Source: Vicugna vicugna (taxonomy: Eukaryota). Taken from it: a stretch of DNA of 64,000 bases. The stretch spans positions 1,125,303 through 1,189,302 of the forward strand of contig MU057640.1 of the NCBI GenBank assembly GCA_013265495.1. The letters are read 5' to 3'. The position numbers were made by a program, and so were the translations under genes. A model generated the notes under the pieces. That model was given only the letters and a program-made list of their open reading frames with translations. It did not search any database and was not told the DNA's origin. This document shows, one piece after another, positions 39,915 through 52,938 of the stretch (positions within the stretch are counted from its first letter, which is position 1; each line of letters opens with the position of its first letter).

Positions 39915-40483
39915 TGTTAGAACTACAGAGCAAGACTCTCCCAGAAACTGGGTGTCCCTCAAATGCGGGGCTGATACAGCAAGTCCTCAGAACAGAAAAA
40001 AGCTGGAAACCATTGCCCTGAAATACTTACTTCCCAACAGACTGACATTGGCAGAGATCATGGAGAGGATGTACCTTCAGTTGACCTGCCAGCTGGACCT
40101 GGGCCCAGGGGGGCTCTTCACTCCTCCCCGCTCTTGAAGTGTACATTCTGGCCACCGTCCCAGGACGGCCACCTGCAAAGACGTAGCCTTGAGAGAGTAA
40201 GGTGTTGAAACCCTCTGGACTGAAGACGTAGCTGAGCCCAGTTAGGGACTCAAATATAAATATAGACCTAAAAAACGTAAGTTTTTACAGTTCTGGCAGG
40301 TGCGTGTGGAGAGCCACTGGTCTTGCAGCACCCGAGACAAGCTCCTGATGTAAGTTTCCTTGCTTATTACACCTACCACCTACCAACCTAGAGCGCTCGC
40401 CTCTTCCTTTGGTTTCCTTGCCCTCCCATTATGGGGTCAGTTTCAGAGTTCACCAAGGGAACTCCTAGGGTCGCGAACCAACA
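39915..40483 (+). mobile_element. ERV solo LTR (MER74-like)
   Basis: TG...CA bounded ~570 bp, TATAAA at ~40255, motifs acgtagccttgagag and ctctggactg recalled from MER74. Confidence 0.5.
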
Positions 40484-41802
40484 ACTCATTATCAAAATTA
40501 CCAGAAAACAGCGAGTGTGGTGTAACAGGGCCCATCTCCTCCAGCTCCTGAGCCTGCTCTGCCCAGCGCGCTGATGCACGGCATCCTGTTTCCTCCGATG
40601 CCACATATACTCGACGGGTATACAGGTGAGGACACTGAGGTTCAGAAACACAATCAACAGGGTTTAAAATGCTTGTGGTGCTACTTTAAGAGCAAGCTCG
40701 CAGTTCTTTGTAGGCTCGGGGCTGCCCTGGACCGGGTGCGGTAGCTCGGAGGGCTACCGCCTGTCCACATGCATACCGGACGCTCGCATCTCAGGAGGCT
40801 CTGATTGACGTAGGCTTCCCCCCGCACAAGAAAACAGCCTCTAGGGTAGGACAGATACCAGTGAGTAAGGGAGCTCTGCTGTACAAAAACTTAAAAGTGG
40901 CTTTTTCTTTTGAAGGTTTTACCTACGTATTTCGGAAAGCCAAGACAGTTGTCTCATCACAACTCATTTGAATAGCCTCAGTTATAGAAGCGTCTAGTCT
41001 GTTCATACTCAAATATTTACACATTTTTCAGTTTCCAGACATAAAAATGGCTGTCCTCTGCACTCTATGTTTCTAGCACCAGAGCGGAAGAAAAGGATGA
41101 GTTTTCTAGTCAAAAAGTAGCCACACCAGGAAGACCAACATGTTCTGACTGGGGCCATGGCCAGCCAGCTGGAACCTGCCAGCTAGCAAATGCATCTCAG
41201 TTCCCTCTTCTCTTGTTTCCTAAGTCACGAGATGGGGACCTACCCCGGAAAATGGTCAAGACGCTCTAACGAACGCTGTTCTGCCTTTCGTGGGGCGAGA
41301 GGGAAGAGTCTGGGCCATTACTTGCTTTACCCCTGCCTTGGTAGTTAGGATAATTAACAGAGAATTTCCTCCCGCCTTTTGGAGTGTGTGTGTGGTAGAA
41401 AATGAATTGCCTCTTCCAGGTCTTAGGGAGGCCACAGTGAAGACTTGGATAAGTTTTGTGGTTTGTAACATCTCAAGCAGGTACTCTGAGTTGTTACTTA
41501 ATGTAACTCATTAAGTTTAATGTTCATTTTAACTGCCTACTTGTAAGCAGTTTAGCTCTCCTTGCAGTCGGAAGAACTGGGTTTCATGACTGATTATTAC
41601 TCTTATTACAGACTTAATGGTTCCAAGTTCTGGAATGGGTATTTCTTTTATCTTGACCACTTCAGAAAGTTTTTCACCCATGGAGAAAACTGATATTGAT
41701 TTGACCAATGTTTACTGAGCACCTGCTGGCAGGTACCTTGCTGGGCATGGAGCAGATGGATGTAAAGAACAGTGTTTCTGCCCCCAAGGAGCTGACCATC
41801 TA

Positions 41803-41955
41803 GTCCTCAGTGTGGTCTCCAGACCAGCATAATCAGCATCATCCGAGGATCATTACATTAGAAATGTAAATTCTCAGGCCCCAGCCCAGACCAACTGACT
41901 CAGAAACTCTGGGGGTGACCCCCCCTCCAGCCATCTGCCTTGAAAAAGCCTGCTT
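41803..41955. mobile_element. MER5A-like fragment
   Basis: gtgtggtctccagaccagca...agaaatgtaaattctcaggccccagcccagacc. Confidence 0.75.
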
Positions 41956-44248
41956 CAGACAAAGATCATCCTCATCAAATGTCAAAACAACAAATATGTG
42001 GTGAGCTTATTAAGCTAAATCTAAAAGTCTCACCTGTCCTTTGAGAAAAGAGGCCCAGAGGCCTAAAGCCAGGTGAGGAGTTGGTGGAAGAACTAAAACC
42101 AAAACTCACGTCTCCTGCCGCCACCCCGACTCCTGCATGACCAATGTTCTTTCTATTTCTATTCTGATGCTTTAATCCCTAAATCTAGAGAGAGCCCCAA
42201 GCATTGCCCATCCAAAGTGCAAACCTTTGTTTTCATCTGCAAAGACAACAGAAAAACAGAGAAATTACTCTCCTTGAAAATAAAGGCCACTAACAAAAGT
42301 TAAAATCTGATCTATCGAAGCCATTCAGTAAATTAGCAGTCATTCTCGAGACCTTTAACAGACATCCAAGTTCCATTTACAATTTGGAAATTGAGAGGGG
42401 GGGTCAGGAAAAGAGTAAAAACACAATGAATAATGTGATCAAAATATAATCTAGAAGAATAGACAGTATGCAGAAACGTCAACAGCGGTTCACCTTCTGT
42501 GGGAGAATTACCTATCGTCTTCCTTTTCTCCTTTGTATTTTCCTGAATTTTTCCCAATGGTTATTTACTACTTTTGTAATCAAGAAAACAGTAAAAACTG
42601 TTTTTTGAAATGTGACATCTGTATCACTCAACATAAAGGTTTATTTTGTAATTCTATTTATTTCCATACAGTAGGATAGTGTGTGTGTAGTAATTATTTA
42701 CATCATGCCATTTGTTATCATGGAGATGAAATTCGGTAAATATATTCCTTCCAGCTGGCACTGAAAATGAAGCGGTTAAATGCTTTCCTAGGTTCAAAGC
42801 ACTATGAATTGAGACGAGCTAACTGTGAAGCTAAAGGAAAAATGAACCCCAGTATTGAGACCTCTGAGAGCATCTCTCTTGAAAAACATTGATGTGACAC
42901 TTGGCTCCTTATTCACATCTCCCTGATGTTTAACCCTGGCACAAAACAGAAGGTTTGGCAATTCCTGGCAAAGTCTTAAGAGTTCAGGGGATAAAATTCA
43001 TGGGAGAATATCAGAGAAATAAGAAAGAGAATGACCCTACTTTCACATAAAATTCCATCCCTGTGGAGAATCAGGCATCCAAAATTACTGGCAAATTTCT
43101 TTGTCCTCAATAATCATAATTTTTTTTCTTTCTCAAGAAATGTTTGCCCATTAAAAAAAAATCTATGTTGGCTATCTCATTCCACAAATCAAAAAGAAAG
43201 ACTACCTCATTTAAAGAGACATTTCTGCCACAAAAACATTGTGGTACTGCTTCATTTGGTAAGATAAATTTGTCACTTGAAGAAAACCTGGCATTGTTTT
43301 ACTGAAACTCTCAGCAGTATAAACTCAGTGCATGTTAATTAAAGTTTCTTAAAGGAGACAGGGAAATAGAGTCAAGAACAAATGTAATTACTACGGAAAA
43401 GGAAATGCCAGCCGCTATCTACCTCATCAAAATGCCTCACAATAACTGACATTCCTAGAATTTACACTTTCAGGGAAGGACAAATTGTCTGGAGTAAAAT
43501 AGGTGTATCATATATACAATATATTATATATATAGTAATATCCCAACATTTACAGCATGTAAGATAGCCATATCTACACAAGAGTTTAGCTTGACTGTGG
43601 TATCAGGGAATTCGGAATTTATCATCTTGGTTTTCGCTGTTCAGCATGCAAGCTTTTGCTTACAAAGGTGTATCTCTGAAGACTCTCAAATTTCCCTCAG
43701 TCCTCTACTTGCTTTCTGTCACAGGACAACCCACCCACTGCAAAATTAACAAATTAATAATAAGGATAAAGAACATAAAGACTATACAACTCACAGAAAG
43801 TTTCTCACCAACCCCTCCATGCCCACTCCAGATAAACTACCTGTCCACCTGTGAAAACTGACCTATAAAACAGCCTTACCTATTAAGCCAAATCTAATAG
43901 TTTCGGTCTAACACTTTTTGACAGAACACACACAAACTTGAAGCTCAGTCTCTAACTCCATTCAGACATGTTTAAGCCTAGTTCTTATTCTTCCATCTCT
44001 CATCCCCCTCCCGCTGCTGAGAAAAGGGTCCAGTGTTAGGTTTTACCTACTACTGCTTATTTTTGCAGTTTTACTTTGGGACTGCTAAAAGGTATTGATC
44101 AAAAGCTACCTGCAGATCTAGCTAGTGAGCATTGATAAATGCTGAGGAAACAATTCCAAGCCAAGAGCATGACCCAGAACATCTTCAATTTGTAGCAAAG
44201 AAATGCCACTCCTCTCCACAAGAGAGAAATAACGTTCCTATTCCACCG

Positions 44249-44313
44249 AATAATTAATAATAATAATAATAATAATGATAATTAATGATAATGATAATAA
44301 TAATAATAATAAT
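44249..44313. repeat. Imperfect (TAA)n microsatellite
   Basis: aataat runs with tgataa interruptions. Confidence 0.9.
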
Positions 44314-44631
44314 ACTATATAGCAGCTTTCATTCTGAACAAAATTTAATTTTCTGGGTCACTTCCCTTCCCTGTCTCACTAGGCCACTTCTTACGCAGCC
44401 TGACAGTGTCTGTAAACATGGTCTCTTCAGGCAACCCGTCTAGCTGTCATCCTTCAAGAGCAAATACCTACCGGTCCCTTTTCTGCCGCAGTCCCCAGAC
44501 AGCCGACCTCACCGCCCACCCCTGCCCCCTACACCTCACCGCTCGCTTTCTTTGCTTCCAAACCACAAATGGGCGAGCTTATTTAGAGAAAAAGTTAATG
44601 AACGTCCGCTTTTGAGGTAAAGCCGTCCTAC

Positions 44632-45150
44632 CTGTGATCACAGGATCAGAAGAGTGGAAGCACCTAAAAGCCTGTACCCTCTGCAAGCTCGTCCCGGCCG
44701 GTGAGCGCCTCACACCCAGAAACCCAGGAACATGATTTATATGCAGACCTGCACCCATCCCACACAACTCCACACGCCAGCTTGCCTAACCACTTATGTA
44801 AGCTCGCGCCTCTACAGTCCCAAACTGCACACACACACGCACACATACACAAACACACACACGTATCTGAAGTGGACAAGCATCCACACCCAGGAGATGA
44901 AATGAAATCGACGCACATAAATTTGCGGGTGAGGGACATACCGTTTTAAAGCATCTTTCCCCCCATTTGTTTCCTGACCATTTTTATAACAACTACAATT
45001 ACCTTAGCAACCAAAGAATTGCCTTGACTCCCCCTCCGGCTTCTGGATTTCTCCTAACGCCAAGCTTGCGCCAGGTTCATGGTAAAGCTAGAAGAGCCCT
45101 GGGATCGAGGGGCCGGCAGCCTCTTAAGGGCGGAGGGGACGTCTCTGTCC
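44632..45150 (-). other. RGS6: Probable non-coding RGS6 exon 1 (5' boundary uncertain)
   Basis: Donor CAG|gtagga at 44631 just downstream of the CpG island, in unique sequence. The TSS cannot be determined from sequence alone. Confidence 0.55.
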
Positions 45151-45950
45151 GTCCCCGCGCGGCTCTGCAACGTCTCGCCTGCTTTTCCGAGTTTCCGCGG
45201 TGGCGAGCGCCGGCGCTCAGCGAGCGGACTGGGAAGCCGGGGGCCGGCGAGGAGGCGCGGCGGGTCGCATGGTGCCAGAGCGCGGGGCGCTCGGGTGTCT
45301 CCGGCGCGCTAGGGCGGCCCGCTCTGCGCGCTCCCGGGCGCTCGCCCCTCGCCCGCCTCTCGCGCCCCAGGCCGGCGGGGTCCGCGAGCTTGGTCCGCCC
45401 CCTCGGCGCCCGCCCGCTCCCACAGCTCTGGGAACCCCGCGCCCCAGCGGAGCTCCTGCCGCTGAGCAGGGCCGAGCGCAGGAGCTGCCCCGACTCGCGA
45501 AGCCGCTCAGCTCCGCCGCTCGGGAGCTGCTGCAGCGGCGCCCGCTGTCGGGTGTCGGGCGGAGCTGCAGCCCGCGCCGCGCGCACCTGGGCGCCGGCAC
45601 CTGGGCTCCGACAGGCGCAGGGCGGGGCGGGGCGGGGCCGAGGCACCTGCGCGCATCCCAAGGGCGCCGCCGCCCGGCTCACCTGTTACCAGCGCCGCGG
45701 AAGCGGCAGACGGAGAGTTGCCCGAGAAAGGGGGTTAAAAACCAGAAATTTCTGAAAACTCGAGCTCCGGCGAGAAACCTGGCAGAGCGGATCAACGAGT
45801 TGGAGGCTTCTTCCGTCAATTCCGAGAACAGGCCGCATCTGGAAACTTCGGTGGCGTCAGAGTTGTCTTAGGGATTCCTGGTTCGGGGTGGTTTGCCCGG
45901 TAGCTTTTGAATCCCTTGCTGACGTGTAGCTGGCGCCCTCTAAATTAAAA
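45050..45950. promoter_or_regulatory. RGS6: CpG island / RGS6 promoter
   Basis: The only extended GC-rich, CpG-dense segment in the window. It lies ~22 kb upstream (minus-strand sense) of the first coding exon. Confidence 0.9.
45620..45637 (+). promoter_or_regulatory. Tandem GC boxes (Sp/KLF) / G-quadruplex motif
   Basis: gggcggggcggggcgggg: three GGGCGG motifs, four G-runs with 1-nt loops. Confidence 0.7.
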
Positions 45951-46310
45951 CGGGCCACTGCAATCGTCAGGGATAGTATTACTAACCTCGTCATTTTTAT
46001 TGATTCAACATTTACACCACCTGCTGTATTTAGAGTGTCTTATGATTCTTCTGATCTGGAACACCACAAAAGAACTTTCAGGAAAATTCAACTCTAAATA
46101 ATCTTGGGGAAAGAAGAACAAAAGTTGAAGACAGAAAATGAGAAAGGGTAACTTGAACTGACAGCATTCTTTAATGTGGGAGCTTTGAAATCTGATGTTT
46201 AGTTAAAGATTTAGGAAGCTGCTAGTGGAAAGAGCAAGTTTGTTGCTGCTGCACCGTAACCATGGGATTGGTGTACAATATCAATGTTACTAATATCAAG
46301 AATAAATTTA

Positions 46311-46428
46311 AGGGGGAAGAGTATAACTCAGTGGTAGAGCGCATGCTTAGCATGCACAAGGTCCTGGGTTCAATCCCCAGTACCTCCATTAAAATAAATA
46401 AACCAAATTATCTCCCCCCATCAAAGAA
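46311..46428 (+). mobile_element. tRNA-Ala-derived SINE (Vic-1-like)
   Basis: A box taactcagtgg, B box ggttcaatcc, AGC anticodon-like loop and SINE tail. Confidence 0.88.
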
Positions 46429-47144
46429 AGAATCAGTTCAAGATTTATGCTTGAATTGTATTGTCTCATCAGTAAAAATACAAACAAACTTGAATATAAA
46501 GCACCTGCATTCCATTAAGGATGCATAACCTGGACTCCCTTCACAAGTGTGGGTCCAGAGGTTGAAATCTAAGGACTCCTTCCCAACATACATCTCCTTT
46601 GCCACCATTCTATATTGATTAATGGATATATTAATTTTTTATCCAACAAACAATAATTAGCACATGCCTTGTGTTAGACCTTGTACTAAGCACTAGAAAT
46701 AGATGATGGAACAGTCCCTGCCACCCAGGCCCCCTGGCCTAACAGTACACAATATGTGTGCATTACCATGGGCTAAGTCCATGTCACAGGTGTCACCAAA
46801 ACCTAGAGGAAACCTACAACTGGAAGAAACCACACTCAGCCCAGTAAGTAAAATATAGTTTCAATAGATGCCCCCGTTCTTTCATTTGTTTAAGTTGAAA
46901 TAGAGAATTTTTCCTTTTGCAAGTGTAGCATCTGGCTTAGGTATGGCTGAGAAGCTGACTGGGGCTCCACACTTAGAGCAGAGTCTGCTTAGTGAAAGAT
47001 GGGTGGTGATTCTTTGGGGAGCTCTGCATTTCTGAGACCAGTGGCTTCTTGAGGGTCAAGTAGAATGGAACAACTACATGGAAGTATAAATAAGGGGCTC
47101 CAGGTGCATCTGAAGAAAGGCCTTTCTATGTACTTCCCTTAACA

Positions 47145-47885
47145 CAGTAGCATCAAAAATTATAAAATAATTAGGAATAGGTTTACCCAAGGAGGTTAAA
47201 GATCTGTACACTAAAAATCCCTAAATCCCTAAAAATATTCATTCTCATTAACATATTATTATTAATTAGCCAGCACAACACACTTATTAATTAACATCAC
47301 AGCTGTAATACTTGTGAGATACCATCTGATACCATCTTAATCAACTGGCAAAAGTTTTCATAAATAAAAAGCAGTAATGGGATAGAAAAGTCAACCTTGT
47401 GTTGCCTCCTAATGTACTAAGAAGGCAGCAGTACTTCTTATGCTTAAAATATATGTCATAATGAAACATCAGAAAATGCAAATTGAGGGAAATTCAAGTG
47501 ACTGGCCTGTATTCTTCAAACCTGTCAAGTCTATTAAAGTGAAAATTGTTCCAGATTGGAGGACGCTAAAGGGACAGCTAAGTGTAAGAGGTGATCTTGA
47601 ATGGGATCCAAGACCTATCGATGACATTAAGAGTATAATCAGCGAAGTCTCAATGCATTCTGCTGAATTAAATTGGATCAATGTTATTTCTCTGATCTCG
47701 AGATTGTCCTGTGTTTATTTAGATTTTTCTTGTTTTTAGAAAACACACACTGAAGTATCAGCAACTTACTATCAGATGGTTCAGAAACGTTAACAACTTG
47801 TAAGGTGTAAGGGAACTCTGAACTCTTTTTGCAACTTTTTCTGTAATTTAAAAATGATTTCAAAGTAAAAGGTAAAAAAAAGGTA
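47145..47885 (+). mobile_element. Old L1 fragments (ORF2 plus L1MD/ME-type 3'UTR)
   Basis: taggaataggtttacccaagg...atctgtacact; gaaaatgcaaattgaggga...; aaaacacacactgaagtat. Confidence 0.65.
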
Positions 47886-49764
47886 GATTACCAAAAACAA
47901 AAATCTCTTTTCAAAATCATGGGTTTTCTTTAAGAATCACCTCACTGTTAGCTGTACTGAAAATAGGATTTGATCTACTACTTTGTGAATATATAAAACA
48001 ATGTAATTCAGCTCAACATTTCATTCATTCACTAGAAAATTATTTCTTAAGGGCATGCTGCATATGAGGGTCTTTCCCAAAACTCATCTGAATTATAAAA
48101 TAAAATACAATTCAGGTAAAATCCTGACTCCTTTTTTTACTTCATTACCAAGTGAGGAGTTGCAGAGAAGACTGCAGTAGAGTTGATTGGGATATAGCTC
48201 TCAAATCAGGTGACAAATTGAGCAGAAGAATGAAGGTAAGGTGACGATTTAGTTCCAATAACAGCATTGGGTGGGCGAAGGTAGGAAATATGGTTACTAT
48301 CCATGTACATGATGCATGTGTTTATGGCAGTGGATTTGGGGAGGCTAATTTAAAGTTTGGTACCACTGGCCTTTCTCCTAGGATGGTGGATTTGTGACAC
48401 TTGACAGTTGAAGCTGCTTTTCCTCAAACCCCCACATTATCTTTTTCTCACTCTTTAGTGTAGTCCTCTTTTTTGAGAGTTATGAGCTGTTTTCTTTGGC
48501 AATAAAAAGAAAAGAAGATTCTGAGTAGGTTTTGCCCCATGTTAAATTCTGAAAGAAAATACATTTCCTGGTTAGATATTTTAGAAAAGGGTCTTTTGCA
48601 AAAGGTGGCGATGAAGAGCATCTGATTGATTGCCCAGGTCCAGCTCACAGGTCAACCAGAGGTCACACCCTCTCCATGACCTCCTCCAACCATTTGTGAC
48701 CTGTGGGATGCATCCCTTCTAGAATGCCCAGCATTTCTGTTACTTCCAATTGCATAGTCTCCTTCTCAGGGGGAGGTCTTTGGCAGGCAAGCTAATTACA
48801 ACATGAAGTGGATTTTTTTCTCTTTCCAGTACAGTTACACAGTTTAGTACTTGACCTGTGCCTTTGAAAATCATATGTCTGGGAATAGATGTGTTTATGT
48901 CATGGGCTAGAATGGTAATGTTCTGAAACTCAGAAGTAATGTTATGTCAGAGTGGAAGGCATATTTACAAAGTCCAAGTGCTTAATAATCAAGATGCAGG
49001 GAAATGTATGTGTACAGCCAATGCACATGGGAGAAAATTTACACCAACAATAATAAGTATTCAAAAGCCCACACCAGCCCCAAGAGAACCATAGGATTCT
49101 CTTTATACCAGTTGTTTGGACCAAGCTTCTTCATCAGATCACCTCTTAGGCACTATTTCAGGCACCACTATCCAGGATCTTGTGGTCAAAATCATCACAG
49201 AATACTCTGTGTGATGTGACTTGAAATGTCTGACAGATCTCCTCAACCAAAAACATCTGTTCCTTACCTCCACCCCGTCCCCTCCTGTTATGTTCTGGGA
49301 TTCCCAGTTTTCAATAATCAATTAGGCATGTTTGTTCAGGACCATGGTAAAGTCAGAGATGTACTTCAACAAGAAAGATCCTTTACTGAGGTAAAATCTG
49401 TCAGTTACAAACAGGTAGCCCCCCCCCAAAACTGAACACATAACACCCTCTGTAAAATATGGCAAAGCTTTTTTCTTAATAGAACTGTATTTTAATTAAT
49501 TTAAGATCTTTTGCAAATATTTAAGAACCAGAGCTCAGCTCATAGGGTATTCTCAGCTCTCTGCAGAGTCTTGTGTTTGCCAACTCCTAATTGATGTTCT
49601 GAAGAATGCAGAAACAAAATTCGCACCATTTGCCCAAACCAAAGCCTGGGTAGATGAACTGTTTCTCAAGACAACAGAACTGTACCCTATGCTCAAAATA
49701 AATTTTCCTGCAGTATCCTTTTGTGCCTTTTCCTATCATCACCCAAGACCCAATAGCAACTTTC

Positions 49765-49980
49765 TCTTTAACCTGTACGACATTTTTATCACCCCTCCCC
49801 AAAATAGTTCCCTCATTCCTCTTTGCATCCAATCACCTCCATCCACCCGCACTGGGCAGCCACTGATCTGTTTTCTGTCCCTATCGTTTCGCCTTTTCTT
49901 GAATGTCATATAACTGAAAACATACAGTATACAGTTGCTTGTCAGGCTTATCACCTCAACTGCTTAGGATGGCTTTGAGA
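49765..49980 (-). mobile_element. L1 3'UTR fragment
   Basis: acatttttatcaccc...ggcagccactgatctgttttctgtc. Confidence 0.7.
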
Positions 49981-49981
49981 G

Positions 49982-50990
49982 TTCATTCATTCATTCAACA
50001 AGTATTTATTGAGTTCTTTCTAAAATCAAGCACAGTTTAGGTGCTAGGAACATACCCTGTACAAAACAGACAAAACGCCTGTCCTCAAAGAGCTTATATT
50101 GGAGTCAGGAAGGTTAAAATAGAAAGAAAAGAAAAATCAAATAGTATATTGTCAGATAATAATAATATAAAGAAAAATAAAGCTGGATAATATTATTTTA
50201 GAGCAGGGGGTTTCAGAAGGCCTTTATGATAAGGAGATATTTGGGCATAGACTTGAAGAAGGTGGGCAAGCCACGCAGATCCCCGGGGGAAACCCTTCTG
50301 AGACAGAAGCAACAGCTTTTGCAAAGGCTCTGAGATAACAATGAGCTTGAACAGCAGACTACACAAGGAAGAGAAAGTAGAAGGATGTGAGCTCCGAGAA
50401 ACACCTGGGGTTCAGGTCATGGCAGACCTTGAGGCCAGGATAAGGACTTTGGATGTTATTTTAAGTGCAGTGGAAAGCTGTTGGAGGGCTTTGAATAGGA
50501 GAAAACACAATTATATTTATTATTTAAATTCTAGCTGCCGTGTTTAGAACAGAGCACGGGGGAGGAAGCACGAGGGCTGCGACTATTGTAGGAACCCAGC
50601 GTGGAAGAGAGGATGGTGTTTTGCCTTGGATTAAAGTGACAGAGGTGCAAGTAACGAGAAATGGTTGAGTTCAGGATGTAGTTTAGCTCATAAGACTTGC
50701 TGACAGATTGGATAAGACTATGAGAAAAAAGAGAGGAGTCAAGAATGATTCTAACCTTAAAAACTAGGAAGTGGGATACTGCTGTTTACCAAGGTGAAAA
50801 ACAATGAGATGGAGCTGGTGTGCCCGAGACCAGCACACTGTCTGGGGCCGTGTCGGTCTGCCATGTCTACTGGGAAGTTGCATGTTCACTGAAGCACTTT
50901 GGGGGAGAGATGAGGGCTGCAGATATACAATCGGTGGGGTTTAGAGCCATGGAACAGGAGAATTTCCTATAGCAGTGACAGTGTCTACAG
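49982..50990 (-). mobile_element. L2a LINE 3' ~1 kb
   Basis: ttcattcattcattcaacaagtatttattgag terminus and L2 body. Confidence 0.85.
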
Positions 50991-51235
50991 AGAACAAAAC
51001 TGGGTCAAAAAGCTTAAAAGGATCCTCGGAGCATATAATTTGTGTTAATTACACATACTCTCGCACACAGATATCCTGATGCACGCCCATGGGCCTTCCT
51101 CTCCCACTGAGAACCACTGTTCTAGGCTCTCTTATGAGGCATCCAACTGGGGCATCAGAAATGAATGCATTTTAACCTGCATTTCAGCAAAGGGTAAGTG
51201 TGTCCATTAGGTTTAATATACACATGAGCAGGCAA

Positions 51236-51900
51236 CTAGCATTTAAAACACCCCAATCAGAAATGCTATTCTAGGGGTTGTGGCCCAATGCTGATCTTTT
51301 TACAATTTGTAAGAAAGAATTATTAAAATTATTTTTTTACTTCATTTCAATGAACCCAAAACAATTTCTTTTTCCTCTTTCCCTCCATCGTGACCTCTTT
51401 TTCTGATAAAGTGTTTCTCTCCTACCTCCTTCTCTTCTGTAGACCTCAGCTCCATCATGTACCCTCAACCCTCAGCCCTCCTCACCAGCCCCCACCTTCA
51501 CTAGTTCAGTTTTGGGGTTTTCCTCCCATCCTGATCCTCCCCACACTGTTGACATTACAACTCTCCTCATTTATAAGTAACATGATTATTCTACTGCAAA
51601 CTGTGAACACAAGAGCAACCAAAAGTAAATCTCCAGTTTTTTGCTCTGCATGATAAGGCTGCTAAGCTGTCTTGGGTACGTGAACCACTAGCACAGATTC
51701 ATCAGTACCTTAGGCGCCCCTTCTCCTTAGCTCTCTGGGCAACAGATCCCCCAAACCTGGGTCGGAATGGATAGGTGCTCCAGGTTTGCCTAAAGCTGTG
51801 ATGGTTAGTATACCCTGTTCATGAAGGGGGCAGGGGCTGCCTATGTAGTATTTCTAGCCTACCTACGTATCTTGAACCCCTCTCATTTCACCAATGGAAA
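51236..51900 (+). repeat. Local duplication, copy 1
   Basis: Colinear similarity to 59948-60570. Core 51443-51576 matches 115/134 with no gaps (hand count). Confidence 0.9.
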
Positions 51901-52856
51901 TATAATTCTAAAAATTCTAATGTGCATAATGTTAATTAACAAATCCTCCGTGATGGGAGATAAAGATGACTGAGGCTGCGCTCAGTAAGCCCACCCAGCC
52001 CCCTACACAGGCGGGCTTTAGACGGGAGTCTCTATGAACTCCCAGCTGCTCCTGGAGTAGGCATTCCTGACTAGGACATTTCAAGTGTCAACTGGCTGCC
52101 TGCTTATCTGCCCCCACACACACCTAGCACATGTACATCTTGTTGGCATGTGGGTTAAAACGCAGTTTCCTCATCCTCAGAGGTCTGTTGGATCAGCAAC
52201 TCTGGCCATGGGGGCTGAAAATCAGCAATGGAGCAAGCTCTGTAGGTGATTCGGGGGGTTCTAATATACCCTAGGACTCCTGTGGAGGAGAGAATGAGGA
52301 GGGGGCCAGAGCAGGGTGCACATGCACTCACTCTGGAAAACTCTGAACAAGCCAAGGGAAAAACCAACCCTCATTCTTCTTTCCTTCAGAGGCTGAGACT
52401 ATGCAAGAAGCCGTGGAGAGACCGGGAGTGACTCCAGAGGATTTACAAGCCACAGATGACAGAATCCATTCCTTATCTGGAGTTTCCCAAGATTCTCCAG
52501 GCACGTGGCCATGAAGGAAACCAGCTCTTGTCTCTTTCCTATTTACCCCAGCACCAGGGTGGATAGTCCACGATTTGATTTGGAATATCTCTTTCTGGGA
52601 AAAAGAAACATTCTCCTTTAACCAAGGAGAGAAAAATTAAATACTTTAAATGCAACTACCTAGAAACTCTAGCTGTTCTGTACCTCAGGTGGGTTTCAAA
52701 CAAATCTTTATCATAGTAACTCACCTCCTTGGCTGCTTGTCATGTATTATATTTGCTTTTCATTTAAATATGTATCTTACAATGCAATAGAATCATACTA
52801 CTTCTAAAAAATAGAACAATTGATTAAAATGAAGATTAAAAAGTAATCCCCAAGGA

Positions 52857-52891
52857 GTTTTCAACAACAGATGAATGAATAAAGAAGGTAT

Positions 52892-52938
<47 letters not shown>

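Noticed and set aside
39374..40137. Three overlapping plus-strand ORFs up to 232 aa
   Set aside because: They span a CA-rich repeat, an L2-like piece and an LTR, are antisense within an intron, and show no recognisable homology.
44967..45871. Long overlapping ORFs (201-262 aa) on both strands
   Set aside because: Arg/Ala/Gly/Pro-rich products typical of stop-poor CpG-island DNA, with no recognisable protein.
45925..45945. CTCF-like tagagggcgcca near the promoter
   Set aside because: Lacks the 5' CCAC/CCAG part of the motif, so it is too weak to call.
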